A DNA stretch of 63,939 nt, counting the filler, from Saprolegnia diclina VS20 (taxonomy: Eukaryota): NCBI RefSeq assembly GCF_000281045.1. It is 10 parts of 3 records of this genome, joined end to end, with 100 filler letters (N's around TTAATTAATTAA, not from the genome) between each part and the next. Parts side by side here need not be neighbours in the genome. Positions count along the whole stretch, not along the records: positions 1 to 2,158 come from NW_008246156.1; positions 2,259 to 4,233 come from NW_008246156.1; positions 4,334 to 17,046 come from NW_008246156.1; 7 more parts are not named here. One strand, written 5' to 3'. Both the position numbers and the translations under genes were made by a program. The notes beneath the pieces are model-generated. The model was given only the letters and a program-made list of their open reading frames with translations. It was not told the origin of the DNA and made no database searches. Shown in pieces: positions 1 to 12,131 of this stretch (positions are counted from its first letter, which is position 1; each line of letters opens with the position of its first letter).

Positions 1-727
1 GAGTTCTTCAGCCCTGTCTCAAGTTGGGACTTGGATAGTGAAAGCTTGTCACTTTTTAGACTTGCAAGTTGTATCCGAGTGCTTCTCCCCTATCTCTTGC
101 TATGGCGCAAGACGGGACGAAGTGATCACCACGAAGCCAGGCGTCGTGGCGCAGGGCGTGCATCATTTGGAAGAGGCACATCGCTTGGGTAGTCAGCATC
201 AAGTGAGAAGCTCAACCGAGCTCACTATAGATCAATCCAAGCAGGAATTTCGAAAGCGAGCCGCTTGCGGCTGAAGACTGAAGACGTGGCCATCTCGACT
301 GCCGATGACGTACTATTTGCGCCTCCGACGAAGAAGAAATAGAAGAAGTCCCCGCTTCTGCTTTGGCAACGTTGGTACCAGCACATCACAGAGACGACTA
401 CGGCGACAACCGCGAGGGCCCGGGCCTCGCCCAAATCGAAGTGCAATGCACTCGAACGCCATAGTGAGCAGCTCTAGATAATTTCCTACAATGCGCCACT
501 AGGCCCCGGACGAGGGATACTCTCTGGACGTTCGCTCCGAATCGTATCAACTACTAGTAAATGCTGCAACCCTAGGCAGATCTCTCGGAGACGTTCTTGC
601 GCAACGCTGTGGTTGGCTCGAAGATCCTGGCAGTTGATTCACCATTTACCTTGTTTTGGGCGTTTCAACGTGTTGGTGGAGAGCAGAAAAAGAGTTCTTA
701 GGAGGAGCAGGCAGATTCCAGACAAAC

Positions 728-892
728 ATCGACGACGGTAGCAGCGTCCCGGTCGTCTCGCGCTTCGACACCGACGCTCGGCTTAATCGACGGTAGCAGC
801 GTCCCGGTCGTCTCGCGCTTCGACACCGACGCTCGGCATCGACGACGGTAGCAGCGTCCCGGTCATCTCGCGCTTCGACACCGGCGCTTCGA
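728..892. repeat. Tandem repeat, 3 x 55 bp
   Basis: Unit atcgacgacggtagcagcgtcccggtcgtctcgcgcttcgacaccgacgctcggc at 728, 783 and 838, with few mismatches. Confidence 0.9.
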
Positions 893-1409
893 TGCGGCGA
901 TGGCAGCAGCGAAACGACTTCGTCTGTGATCTCGCAGCAACGCCAGGCAATGCCTGCCAAGCGCCAGCACACAGATTTTCATCCAACAATGTGCCTTTCG
1001 AAGCAGCGCTTTCGTAGCATCTGCCCCAGCAGCATCGAAGCACGCGTGCTTCTCATGGAGTTCGCGTTCGATGCACAATTGGTGCGTCATGTGCATGCGC
1101 GCTACCGCACCCGCCGGACACCGGTGCGGCAACCCTGCAACCGGATCAAGCCACACTTTCGCGGCGCCCGCTTTTCGCCTCACCCCCGCAACGGGTGCCT
1201 CCACCACGAGGACAACGCTTCGGCGTGCACGCCGTACGAGCCAGATCGGAAGAAGGCGTCCTCTGCCTCGCAGACTTGACTGCGATGCCCAACGACGGTT
1301 GGCCGTGGTCGTGGAACCGTTCTGTATTATTAAGTGTCAAATGCAGCAGTTCGTCTTGAAAAAACAATATCCTGCTCAATATCTTGTACCTCGCTGATTC
1401 AAGCTGCTG

Positions 1410-1817
1410 GTTGTCGTCGGCGCCCTTAGAGTCGTCGTCGCGCTGGTCGTCGTCGGTCGTTAGCGCGATGCCAGTCGTCGGTCGTTAGCACACTGCTGGC
1501 CGTCGGTTGTTGGCGCGCTGCCAGTCGTCGGTCGTCGTTGCGCTGTCATTCGTCGGTTGTTAGCGCGCTGCAGGTCATTGGCGCCGGCGCATTGGTGCTC
1601 ATGGGCACGCTGCGCTCGTGCACGCTGCGCATGCTGAAGGCCGCGCGCTGCCGGTGCTGCCCGTCATTGGTCGTCGGCGCGCTGGTGCTCATGGGAACGC
1701 TGCGCGTGCAGGCTCGGCTGCGCCTCGCGACATTCGCTGCGCTCATGGGCACGCTGCGCGTGCAGGCTCGGCTGCGCCTCGCGGCACTCGCTGCGCTCGT
1801 GGACACGCTTCGCGTGT
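1410..1817. repeat. Degenerate gtcgtcggtcgttagc repeats followed by ~2.4 x 54-bp tandem units
   Basis: Unit gctcatggg(a/c)acgctgcgcgtgcaggctcggctgcgcctcgcg... at 1687 and 1741, partial at 1795. The shorter motif recurs over 1410-1570. Confidence 0.8.
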
Positions 1818-2158
1818 GAGAGTTATAACGCAATAACAGTGCCGATATAATATAATTAAAAGCAAACAGAGACGACTTTCTGACCCGAATTGCAACCTAA
1901 CACGCGATTTAACACCCATAACACGCATTCGTGTTACAACAGCGGTTGTACCTCGAGTTGGGCACTCTTGGAATTTGTATCGAAGTGTAACATTGCAAGA
2001 TTTCGGGCCCGAATTCGCGTGACAATACCTTATATATGTAGTTATGATGAGGCTTAAAGTAGTAGGCGTCGGTGAGCTCGGACGAGGCGGTGGCATCGGG
2101 TGAGGTGTCGTCACACAACTCAAGTATGTGTGATATTTGTGGATTCAGGTGGCCGGTA

Positions 2159-2258
2159 NNNNNNNNNNNNNNNNNNNNNNNNNNNNNNNNNNNNNNNNNN
2201 NNTTAATTAATTAANNNNNNNNNNNNNNNNNNNNNNNNNNNNNNNNNNNNNNNNNNNN
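2159..2258. other. Artificial contig linker (N44-TTAATTAATTAA-N44); also at 4234-4333, 17047-17146, 19712-19811, 31959-32058, 55859-55958, 58017-58116, 59761-59860, 62042-62141
   Basis: Identical 100-nt spacers whose core places stop codons in all six frames. Confidence 0.98.
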
Positions 2259-2759
2259 TTTGTCCTCCATGGCAGACTGCTGGCGGCCAATGTCGACACG
2301 CTCTACGTTGTACTGACGGCGGCAAGACACGTGTCTTTGTAATCACCGAGCCACACAGAGATGCCAGGGACATCAATGGTCCGCAACGACGGCCTTGCCG
2401 TTACTCACTGGAACGAGCACCACGACTCAAAGCATCATGTATTGGCTCGCGTTGAATATCTAGCTGATTTATGTTGGAATAAAACAGCAATTGTTGGTGA
2501 GTTTCAAAACAAATACTTGCAGGCCTTTGATAGCCACGTGCGTCGGCATACAGCCTCTCTCGAGCTAGAGAAAGCGTCCCTGAAAATATCACAGCGATTG
2601 GAGAAGGTTGCAAAAGTTTCGATTTGGGATCGACAAACCTCACGCCCGCCGTAGCGGTGCATGGCCAAAATGTAGAAAATGTTGGAGAATGCTGGGATTA
2701 TTTTCAACGGCCCACTACAAGTCGCTAGTGATGGAGAGAGGTTGAACGTGCTGATTTGC

Positions 2760-3900
2760 GGAGGCGGTATATGTCGCAATGCAGCACTGCACCCGAGACG
2801 GACACAATCGCTTGGATGTTGGACAAGGCCGTTGGCGTTGTGAGCAGCGTGGTGCGAGGTACGGACGCATGTCGCGCGATTTGACCTTGAGCACTCTTGG
2901 ACGAGGTCGTACACCGACGTGATACGAGGTCGTACACCGACGTGATACGCTTGAGGAGGCGTGGAATGAGCTCGTCGATCGAGCGGTAGCCCATGCCCTT
3001 GTGGAAGACGTCAAACGCATCACCGGCCGCGCGGCGGACCTCGGGCAGTGCGTCGCAAAGAGCGTCTTCGACGACAAATATCTCCACGAAATCTTCAAGC
3101 TGATTCTTGGGCGAGCACTGGATGACCTCGGCAAGACCCAAGCAGTAGCCCTGGCGCATATCGGCGGGGTCCATCGGGTCGAGGCCCGCGCGCAGGATCG
3201 GGCCAACCTCGGGCATGACACAGTGCATCAAGTCGCCAAGGAGCGAGATCGGCGACTCACGAATGCGCCAGTTGTCGTCGAAGATACCGGCCTCGAGCGC
3301 AAGCAAGTTGGAAAGCGCGTGGGCATTGACGACGATCGAACCAGCGTGCATGGCAACGTCGCGGACACCGTCTGACTCGTTGGAGAGCCTCTCGAGATCA
3401 AGCGCGGCCGGGCCAAGGTGCACGAGCACCTCGCAGAGACCCTTGGCCGAACCTGACCGCTCGATCGTCGACCGCCAACGACTTTATGGCCTGCTGCCCG
3501 TGGCACGAGGTGCAGGAAGTGGCTCTGGCCCTTGACGAGCATACCACGGGCTTTGGACGAAACCGTGCGGCACTCAGGAATCGAGCGAGCAGCAGCGTCT
3601 GCAGATGGTGTCGAGGTACAGCGTGAGGTCCTTGGCGTCGTTGACCGTCGAGCACGTGTTGTCGAAAATAAGTGCAGCCTTCTTCGTCTCCGAGATGCGG
3701 TCTGTCAAGCCGCGCAGAAGCATGGACATCACAAGCGCAAGCAATGGCGATCAAGTGCACAAACATCATCGACTGCAGCGCTTGCATCGCGTCCGTCGTC
3801 CTGCGGTTCGGGTCTTGCATGTTGGCGATACGAACCGAGAGAAATAAGCTCATGACGAAATTACGTGGTCGCGCGAGAGGATCTCTGTCTTGGCGCAGTG
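2760..3900 (-). pseudogene. GCN1: GCN1 (HEAT-repeat translational activator) fragment, frameshifted, copy 1
   Basis: GCN1-like peptides in different frames: QALQSMMFVH, GLTDRISETKKAALIFDN, LEAGIFDDNWRIRESPISLLGDL, RQGYCLGLAEVI, ALCDALPEVRRAAGDAFD, VLKVKSRDMRPYLAPR. There is a 23-bp tandem duplication at 2901-2946. Confidence 0.8.
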
Positions 3901-4354
3901 CTCCATGCACGCGCCGAGGTGCGCCAGCATGCCTCTGTCAGCCTCCATGTTATTGTGGCGGTGCATGACCGGTGCGCCAAACGCATCGCACTTGGCCATG
4001 AGCGTCGAAGCAATCGTGTTGGGAAACTGCTGCATGCCGTTGGCCAGCGTTGCAGCGGGCGCGTCCGAAAGCGCCGCAGACCCAAGCTCGCTTGCTGCAT
4101 GAGGACGCAGCGATATTTGCTTACCTGGCAAGCCAACGTCCTGTATCGCATGGATTCGCGGCGAAAGAAGGACCTCGGCCACACGAGTGTCACCGTCCAC
4201 AGTCGACAGGACGCCCGCTTGCGACGGGTGACANNNNNNNNNNNNNNNNNNNNNNNNNNNNNNNNNNNNNNNNNNNNTTAATTAATTAANNNNNNNNNNN
4301 NNNNNNNNNNNNNNNNNNNNNNNNNNNNNNNNNATATATGTTGTCTAGATGTGT

Positions 4355-6439
4355 CTACCACTGCTCGTTGGCGCCCGGCGACCCGCACTCGGTGCTGCTG
4401 CCACACGCCGTTGTCCATGTGCTCGCCTTTTGCTGCATGGCGGCGCGGAAGAGGTCGGTCTTGTACCGGCGGAAGAGCTGCTGGAGACCACCGCCGTTGA
4501 GGAAGCTCTCCTCGAGCGCCGTGAGCTGGAACGGGAACGACTCGCCAGAGACCACGACGACGCGGCCCGGGAGGTCGACGTGGACCTCGGCGCCTTCGGT
4601 CGCAAGCGCGTGGAAGCGCTCGTTAGTGATGACGATGCCGAGGAGTGCGTTGTTGGGTTGGTTGCGGGCGTAAATGTACGCAAACGACTTGGCAATGACC
4701 GCCTGGATGCCCAGTGCTTTGAGGCACCGCGCAGCCTCCTCGCGCGACGAGCCCGAGCCAAAGGCCGAGCCGGCGACGATGATGTTGGCGCCGTCCCGCG
4801 CGCGCTGAACAAACTCGGGGCGCGTATAGGCAAACGACTTGGAGGCGAGGACCTCTTCCTCGGTCTTGCACTCGGCGGGCCACAGCGGCGACGTGGGGTT
4901 GAGGCCCATGAACTGCGCCGGAATGATCGCGTCCGTGTCGACGTTGTCCTCAAACACCTGAACGCGGCCGGAAAACTGCGCGGGCGGCGGCTTGGCGGTC
5001 GGCGACGCCGGCGATTCGGGCACCGAGATGGCACTCAGCACCGGCGCCGGCGTCGCGATCGCATAGGCCGGCGCCGGGCTCGAGGGCGACCACTCGCGGT
5101 ACGCGTCAAACAAGGCAAAGTCGATCTGCGCGACCAACGGCGAGGGGTCGGTCACGGTCATCGAGAAGCTGGAGGCGGCGACGGCGACGGCCGACGCGAG
5201 GTGCCCGATGGACCCGCGGCCCATGCGGTTGCGGAAGTTGCGGTTCTGCGACGTGAGCCAGACTTCGCCCTCGAGCGCTACGTCGGCGCCGATGCCAACG
5301 CAGAACGAGCACGACGGCACGCCAACGGTAAAACCCGCGGCCTCGTAGACGCTGAGAAGCCCGAGCGTCTGGAGGCGCGCAACGATCTCGAGCGACCCGG
5401 GCGTTACGCGGCGGCGGTACGGCTTGCCTTCGCGCGCCACGGGGATCTTGCCCGAGCTCAGCCCGATCTGCAGCACCATGGCGCCGAGGATCAAATCTTC
5501 CTGCGTCGTCGTGCACGCGCCGATGAAGCAGCCGTCGAGCGCCATGTGCGTGAGCTCCGAGATGGGCGCGCAGTTGTCGGGCGACGGGTACACCGCGACC
5601 ATCGACTGCACCTCGTCGAGGCGGATCACGTGGTGCGCAGCGTAAGTGCAGCCTTCGTCTGGGCGGAAGTAGAGGCCCTCGTCCTTGTGCGACGTCCGAC
5701 CTTCCAGCACGCGCGCTGTGATCTCGTCGGCTTCAAAGACGCCAGCGATCGCGCCAAACTCGGTGCTCATGTTGGCGATCGCGAACCGCGCGTCGTCCGA
5801 GAGGTGCGCGATGCCAGCGCCGCCGTAATAGACCGCGCGCTCAAACGCGACTGTGTTGCGCTTGAGGTGGCCGAGGATGTGGAGGATGATGTCCTTGCCG
5901 CCAATGCCGAGCGCGGGCTGCCCGACAAACTCAATGTAGACAACCTCGGGGACCTTGAACCACGTCTGGCCCGTCACGAGCGGCATGACAACGTCGCCAG
6001 CACCGAGGCCCGCGGCGAACGCGCCCATCCCGCCGGCGCTGCACGTGTGCGAGTCGGCGCCAATGACGATTTGGCCGGGTTGCGCGCGCTTGCGGGCAAA
6101 CTCGGTGTGCATGATGGTCGTGTTGGGCTCCCAAAAGTCCGAGACGTTGTGCTCGGTGGCAAAGTCGGTCGCGAGCTTGATGAGCGCCTGCTGCTTGGAC
6201 TGGTGGTTCACGCGCGGGTCCACCGTGTGGTCGATCGCGAGCCAGAAGCGGTCCGGGCGGTGCAGCTTGGGCCGGCCGATCGAGGCGTACAAAGTTTCCA
6301 TGCCCTGGAACGTGAGCTCGCTCGCGAGCGTCCAGTCGGCGTTGACACAGAGCACGTCGCCGACGGTCACGCTGGGCGTGCTGAGGCCGACCGCGTGGTG
6401 GCACAGGATCTTCTCGATCACGTTCATCGGGCGGGCCAT
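4355..6439 (-). CDS. Aconitase-family dehydratase, fused large + small subunit (3-isopropylmalate dehydratase/homoaconitase-like), intronless, ~694 aa
   Basis: Motifs IDHT, GADSHTC, GGKDIIL, FIGACT and CSFCVG (three [4Fe-4S] Cys), SQNRNFRNRMG. Swivel domain: DNVDTDAIIP, GSGSSREEA, IAKSFAYIYARN. Start taken at MARPMNVIEKIL. Confidence 0.93.
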   Translation of the reverse strand: MARPMNVIEKILCHHAVGLSTPSVTVGDVLCVNADWTLASELTFQGMETLYASIGRPKLHRPDRFWLAIDHTVDPRVNHQSKQQALIKLATDFATEHNVSDFWEPNTTIMHTEFARKRAQPGQIVIGADSHTCSAGGMGAFAAGLGAGDVVMPLVTGQTWFKVPEVVYIEFVGQPALGIGGKDIILHILGHLKRNTVAFERAVYYGGAGIAHLSDDARFAIANMSTEFGAIAGVFEADEITARVLEGRTSHKDEGLYFRPDEGCTYAAHHVIRLDEVQSMVAVYPSPDNCAPISELTHMALDGCFIGACTTTQEDLILGAMVLQIGLSSGKIPVAREGKPYRRRVTPGSLEIVARLQTLGLLSVYEAAGFTVGVPSCSFCVGIGADVALEGEVWLTSQNRNFRNRMGRGSIGHLASAVAVAASSFSMTVTDPSPLVAQIDFALFDAYREWSPSSPAPAYAIATPAPVLSAISVPESPASPTAKPPPAQFSGRVQVFEDNVDTDAIIPAQFMGLNPTSPLWPAECKTEEEVLASKSFAYTRPEFVQRARDGANIIVAGSAFGSGSSREEAARCLKALGIQAVIAKSFAYIYARNQPNNALLGIVITNERFHALATEGAEVHVDLPGRVVVVSGESFPFQLTALEESFLNGGGLQQLFRRYKTDLFRAAMQQKASTWTTACGSSTECGSPGANEQW

Positions 6440-6974
6440 CTCCAGTTGACGGCAAATGCAATTCTGCCGGGTGCCAAAAGGATCTTGGACGTGGTTGCGC
6501 AAAAATGCGATTGCGCAACCATCGCCATCCGATCAAGTACGCCAGACGGCGCACTTACGAAGAACCAGCGTCCTCGTGCTGCCACGAGGGGCTTGAAAAT
6601 GATTGTGATGCGCTGCTGCCCATGTCCTACGTCGTGGAACAACCGAGGGGCGGCCTCGGATCGAAGGCTGTCAGCACTAGAAAGATCCACACGAGTCGGC
6701 AAGAGAGGGCAGAAGTGTCGCCAGAGACAAGGACATCGACGCTATGTGCCTACGACACGACGACATTGACCTCGGCGCCACGCTGGTTTAACCAAAGATG
6801 CATGCGAGGCAGAGCTGGTAGAACACGGCGGTTTGCTGCAGGCCTTGCCACCACACGGTGGCCTGAGCTCCGTCTGGGAGCTCGGATGCGCCATAAGCTT
6901 ATAACGACGCAAGCAGCTACGTTGCCTCCACTCGATACATGCATTTGAAGCTTCGATCGCGTGTACTAGTAGCC

Positions 6975-7100
6975 CTCACCCCCTCACCTTGAACGACAAG
7001 TCAGTCGAAAATCATAGATGACTAAAAACACGCTCACCCCCTCACCTACTAAACTCGAACGACAAGTTAGTCGAAAATCATAGATGACTAAAAACACGCT
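6975..7100. repeat. Tandem duplication (~60-66 bp x2) in the aconitase/EMC2 divergent intergenic region
   Basis: ctcaccccctcacct...gaacgacaagt(c/t)agtcgaaaatcatagatgactaaaaacacgct occurs twice. Confidence 0.85.
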
Positions 7101-7222
7101 ACCGACGTAGAACCCATTTAACGTCTTCACCACGTCAAATACGTTAAACCTGTTTAACGCTTACGTGTTTATACTGTTACTGCCTGAAGGATTTGGAGAA
7201 CCGGCGGCTGACGACGGGCGAG

Positions 7223-8251
7223 ATGGACGTGTACGAAGCAAAGCTGGCGGCGGCCGCGCATGGCGACCGCGAGAAGGGCCTCGAGCTGCTCGAGTTCGTG
7301 CGCAAGGAGAAGTTGCGCGTGCCCGACGTGGTTGTCAAGGTCGGCCGGGCGCTCGTGGCCCGCGGGGGCCTCGGCGACGCGCTCTGGACGATCCACGAGC
7401 AGGTGCTCCTCGCCGCGCTCGACCTGGGCGCGATGGACGTTGTCGACTCGACGTTTCTCGCGCTTAAGAACAAGTTCCCAGACTCGTCCCGCGTGCTTCG
7501 CCTCGAAGGCATGATCTTTGAGGCGCAAGGCAAGTACGCGCAGGCCGACGCGCTCTACAAGGACATTCTGGCCAAGAACCCGGCCAACATGCTCGTGATG
7601 AAGCGCCAGGTGTCGCTGCTGCGGGCCCAAGGCCGCACGGAGGACGCGATTTCGAAGCTGAACGCGCTCCTGCGCTGCTTCCAGACGGATGCGGGCGCCT
7701 GGTGCGAGCTCTCGGAGCTGTACCTGAGCCTCGGCAACTACAAGCACGCTGCCTTTTGCTACGAAGAGCTCATTCTGCTCAACCCGCTCGACGCGCTCAA
7801 CCATACGCGCCTGGCCGAGGTTGACACCATGCGCTGCCGTCGACGCTCATGTGCTGGATTGTAGCTCTACGTCACGATCGGCGGCCTCGACAACCTCCGC
7901 ACGGCGCGCAAGCACTTTGCCCACGCGCTCGACTTGAATGCGCAAAGCACGCGCGGGCTCGTCGGTCTCGTCATGGTACGTCCCGCGACTACGATCTTAG
8001 GCCAACGACGCGGCGATACTAGTGCACGACGGCGATCGCGTCGACCAAGACGACGCGCCCCGAGAAGGACGACCGCGAGCTCAACGCGCGTCTGCACCAG
8101 TTTGCGCTCCAAAAGCTGCAGTCTGTCTACGCCGAGCTCCCGACGGCGGCCGCGGGTACGTCCACCCACCTCCTTGTCTCTCTGAGTGTTGACACTGCTA
8201 GTCAACGCGGCCCTCACCAGCACGACGGCGGCCTTTGACGAACAGCATTAG
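7223..8251 (+). CDS. EMC2: ER membrane protein complex subunit 2 (TPR protein); exons ~7223-7819, 7865-7975, 8023-8155, 8202-8251
   Basis: LGDALWTIHEQVLLAALD, FPDSSRVLRLEGM, DAGAWCELSELY, AAFCYEELIL. Three 45-47 nt GT-AG introns restore the frame. Confidence 0.9.
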
Positions 8252-8301
8252 ACATATTAGACGACAAATGCGTGCACGAAATAATAGTCCTTGGTGTTCT
8301 T

Positions 8302-11300
8302 CTAGAGGTCGACGCTGCGGTAGCACTGGCGCGCCTTGCAGTCTTCGATGAGCGTACACCACGCCGTGTTCTGGCTCAGGAGCGCCGAGTTGCCGACGAC
8401 CCAGCAGCTCGCGATGGCGCTAATTCGAGTTCATGCGTCATCTCCACACTGTGTACGTACCGCGTCAACGCCACGTTCATGCGGCGCGTGTCGCCCCAGA
8501 ACGCGTTCTCTCGGCCGCGCACGGTCCGGACACACGAGACGATGATGATTTCCTAGTTCTTAGTTGTCACTAGCCCGGTAAGTGGTGGGAACCCATACCT
8601 TTTCACGGCCCTGGAAGCCGTCGACGGTGTTGACCTCAACGAGCTGGCCATAGTTGAGTTTGAGAAAGGCCGTCGAGAGCTCGTGGATCTGCGACTTGTA
8701 GGGCGAAATGACGCCAATTTTGCCGCGAAACGCGTAGTCCGGGTGCGACTGCACGAGGCCTTTGACGAGCGACACGATGAACGCGACTTCGGGCAGGTTC
8801 CGGTACGACGTCGACCCCTCGGCCTTGCTCTGCTCGCCCTGCACGATGTCGTAGAACACATACGGGCCGTATGCCGGCGTCGCGTGGTACGGCCGCGCCC
8901 GGGGCACGCCGCCGTGCTGCAGCTGGCCGTCGTAAAACATGGCCGACGGGAACCTAGCCACAAGGATTGTGAGATTCAGATTGAGATTCGACGTACTGGG
9001 CAATGTGCGGGTGCATACGGTACTGCTTCGTGAGAAAGTGCACGTCGTTGGACGCGACGAGGCGCTGGAACATGCTCGTCTCGTACCCCATGCGCATCAA
9101 GCGCTAGACCAATATATCGATTGCTGACCAATATTTAAGCGGGTCAGGGTTCGATACCGGCGAGAGCACGGTCGCGGGGAGCTGTTTGTGGTCGCCGACA
9201 AGGATCCAGCGCGTCGCTTGAAACTTGAGCGGGATGAGCGAGCTCGCTTCGGTCGCCTGCGCGGCTTCGTCGACGATCACCGCGTCAAAGCTCTGCCGGA
9301 AGTCGCACATGGAGATCGAGCCCGCGCCCGAGAGCGTGCAAAACACAATTTGGGCTTTCTGCAAAATTTCTTGGCGGACCTAGGACAACTGAGCACGAAG
9401 AAACGAATGCGACGACGTCTACCTGCATCGGGTTCCAGTTTTGCTCACGCCGCTGGCCGTGCTGCTGCTCGACGAGCTGATCGAGGTAAATGGACGCCGC
9501 CGACGTCTGTTTGTACTGCTTCTTGTGGCGCTGCGACGTCGGCGTCTGCTTGAGCCCTGGCATCGACCCGATCCGCACCATCGTCGGCACTTCGTACGTC
9601 TTGGTCTACACCGCGTTGACGTGGTTTGTCCCATGTGTAGTCAATCTACCTTGACGTTGAAGACGCCGTCGGCCTGGAGCCGCTGGATGATGACGTCGAC
9701 GGCGGCGTTGCTCGGCGCCGTGACGAGAAGCCGGACCGCCATCGCCGCGCGGTCCTTCTCCGAGAGCTGCAGACCGAGTGACGCGCCGACGCAGACGCGT
9801 GCGTTGGCTTGCGTCGTCGCCTGCATGCCCGACCCGCTCAAGAGCGCACTACACGATCGCGTAAACATCGTCTAGTGCATGTCGCGTGGTCGTACCCAAT
9901 GAGCCCGACAATCGTTCGGGTTTTGCCCGTGCCTGGCTACAGCATGCAACGCTGTCAGATCGTAGCGAGAAGGACCCGAGTACCGGGCCCTGGATGAGCG
10001 TCAATGGCCGCTCGACGGCCGACTGGATCGCTCGGAGCTGCGACTTGTTGTATTTCTCTTGCAGCGCGGCCAGCATGAGCGGGCGCACGCCGGCGCCGCG
10101 GCCGAGGCTCGACGTCGGGACCTCGGCGGCGACAATGAGGTTGCGCAGCATGAGCGGCAGCGTCGGCAGTGACAACACGGCTTGGTACTCGCGGGAGCAC
10201 GTCGTGAGGTTCGAGAGGATCTACACGAGCTGCGCTGAGCTGCCAATCGGAGCCTCCTGATACCTTGATTGAGTAGGCGCCGGCTTCAATCTGGTGCTTC
10301 TCGGACAGAACGATCGTCACTTCCTTGTTGCTACAACAAGAGAGGTAGCGTCTCGAGGCCAACGCTTGTGCGAGGTTGTACTTGGTGTTGGCGGCCGAGT
10401 AGACCACGCCCCGCAATGGCGACGGGCGCTTGTTCTTGATGCGGCAGAGCTCGACCATATCGTTGTTGGTCAAGACGAGGTGCTCGGGCAGCGAGAACGC
10501 TGCGAGCTGGAGGCCTTTTGTGTATTCGCTCAGTGAGAGGAACCGGACCTTGTCCGCGCCGCCGCCGTGCTGGTTGACGTCCTGGATGCCCGTGAGCGCC
10601 TCCTCCAAGATCGCTCGCTTCATGTTGTCCATGTACTCGTCCAGACTAGACGGATTCTGTACTCTTGAACGCAGAAAACGAAGGGGTACCTCGCGTACGT
10701 TGCCGGAAATGCAAACTTTTTCGGGAGGAGCTCGGGTTTCGACGGATGCACGATCGCCCTGTAGAGCTCGCTGAGCGACGGCCAGAGGTCGGCCGAGATC
10801 TTGGGCGCGCTCACGAGGTGCTTCTTCGGGAAAGGCTCGTCATCATCCTCCGAGTCGGACGACGGCGGCGTCGACGGGCGTCGCACGGGCACGGGGTGGA
10901 AGGTCCGCGCGGGCGGCTTTGTCGTGTCGACGGTCGCGTCCCCATCGTCACCTGCTTCCCCCTCGTCGTCCTGGTCGCTCTCTTCCGTTTCAGCCTCCTT
11001 GTGCTCTTCCTTCTCATCTTCCTCGGTGTCTTCGACGTCTTCCTCGACTTCGACATCTTCCTCGACTTCGACCTCTTCTTCCTCGTCGTCTTCTTCTTCG
11101 GAGCAAGAGCTCAAAGCCAGGTGGACGTGGTTGATGGCAATCGAGTCGAGCTCCGAGAGGATACGCGGTGGCGGCGATGTCTCGATGACCAGGGATGGCT
11201 TGACTTTGACAACCGCCTCTGTCTTGACCTCGACCTTGACGGGGGCTGCGAGGGACAGCATCTTCGTCGGCTTGGGCGGCGACGGCGCCGGCTGCAGAAA

Positions 11301-12131
11301 TGGCGTCGACATCGCACTGAGCTCCGCGCCGGGTTCTTCCTTGATGCTCACTTCGACTTCCTCGTCTTGCGTGGCGTCCATGTCCTCGTCTTCGACTTCA
11401 CTCTCTGACGCTGCGTCGCTCTCGGATGCTGCGTCATTCGCCGGTGCAGCTTTGACAACGGAGGTTGCTTTCATCGCCGTAGCTGCCTCGTCCTCGGGGG
11501 CTTCGTCGTCCTCGGACGCTTCTTGGTCAGCCACCGCAGAAACCTTTAAAGCTGCAGGCTCCTGCACGTCGGCGACTTCGTCTTCGTCGCTGCCATTCTC
11601 TGTACTGTTGTCGTCGTCGTTCCAGCCGCCACCAAAGACGTCGCTGGCCACCTCCGTGTTGAAGGGCACGGACGGGACAGGCGACGTTGGCTCGACCTTG
11701 ACGCGCACGGGCGGCGATGACACACGTGGCAAGACGTCCTCCTCCGACGCAGTGTCGTCGTCTTGGCGCGCAGGCACGGGACGCCGCAGGCGTTTTGGCG
11801 CGGGCATCGACGGTTTGGGTTCGTCCGATTCCGACTCGGTCGCGTCTGCGTCGACCTTGCCCGTGGTCTGCTCGGCCTGGATGCGCATCTGCAGCTGCGC
11901 CATGGCTGTTTTCACGCAGACAAACTCGCTCTTGTCGTCCGACTTGGGCTTCTTGGAGGGCGACGTGAGCTCCTTGCGCAGGTCGGCGATCGCTGCTTGG
12001 ACGGCCTTGATCTTCTGCTGGCAGGCGCGCGGCAGCGACGCGTCGTCGGCGTGGCGGCGCAGCGGCTCGAAGGCCACCTCGACGCCGGCCAGCGCCGAGA
12101 CGACGTCGCTTGAGATGGACTTTCGCTTCAT
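8302..12131 (-). CDS. Sen1/Upf1-like SF1 helicase with a long acidic low-complexity N-terminus; multi-exon
   Basis: LIQGPPGTGKT (intron-split), LLVTAPSNAAVD, IVDEAAQATE, LVGDHKQLPATVLS, GVISPYKSQ, VNTVDGFQGRE, RRMNVALTR. The large first exon splices in frame to SLDEYMDNMKRAILEE. Confidence 0.88.

Noticed and set aside
478..500. Possible tRNA primer-binding site (tggcgcattgtagg on the minus strand)
   Set aside because: No adjacent LTR end or gag ORF can be confirmed, and I cannot match it to a tRNA.
728..892. Possible CRISPR array
   Set aside because: The units are contiguous with no unique spacers, there are no cas genes, and the context is eukaryotic.
4349..6769. 806-aa plus-strand ORF
   Set aside because: It is the antisense shadow of the aconitase gene, caused by high GC3. 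It has no motifs.
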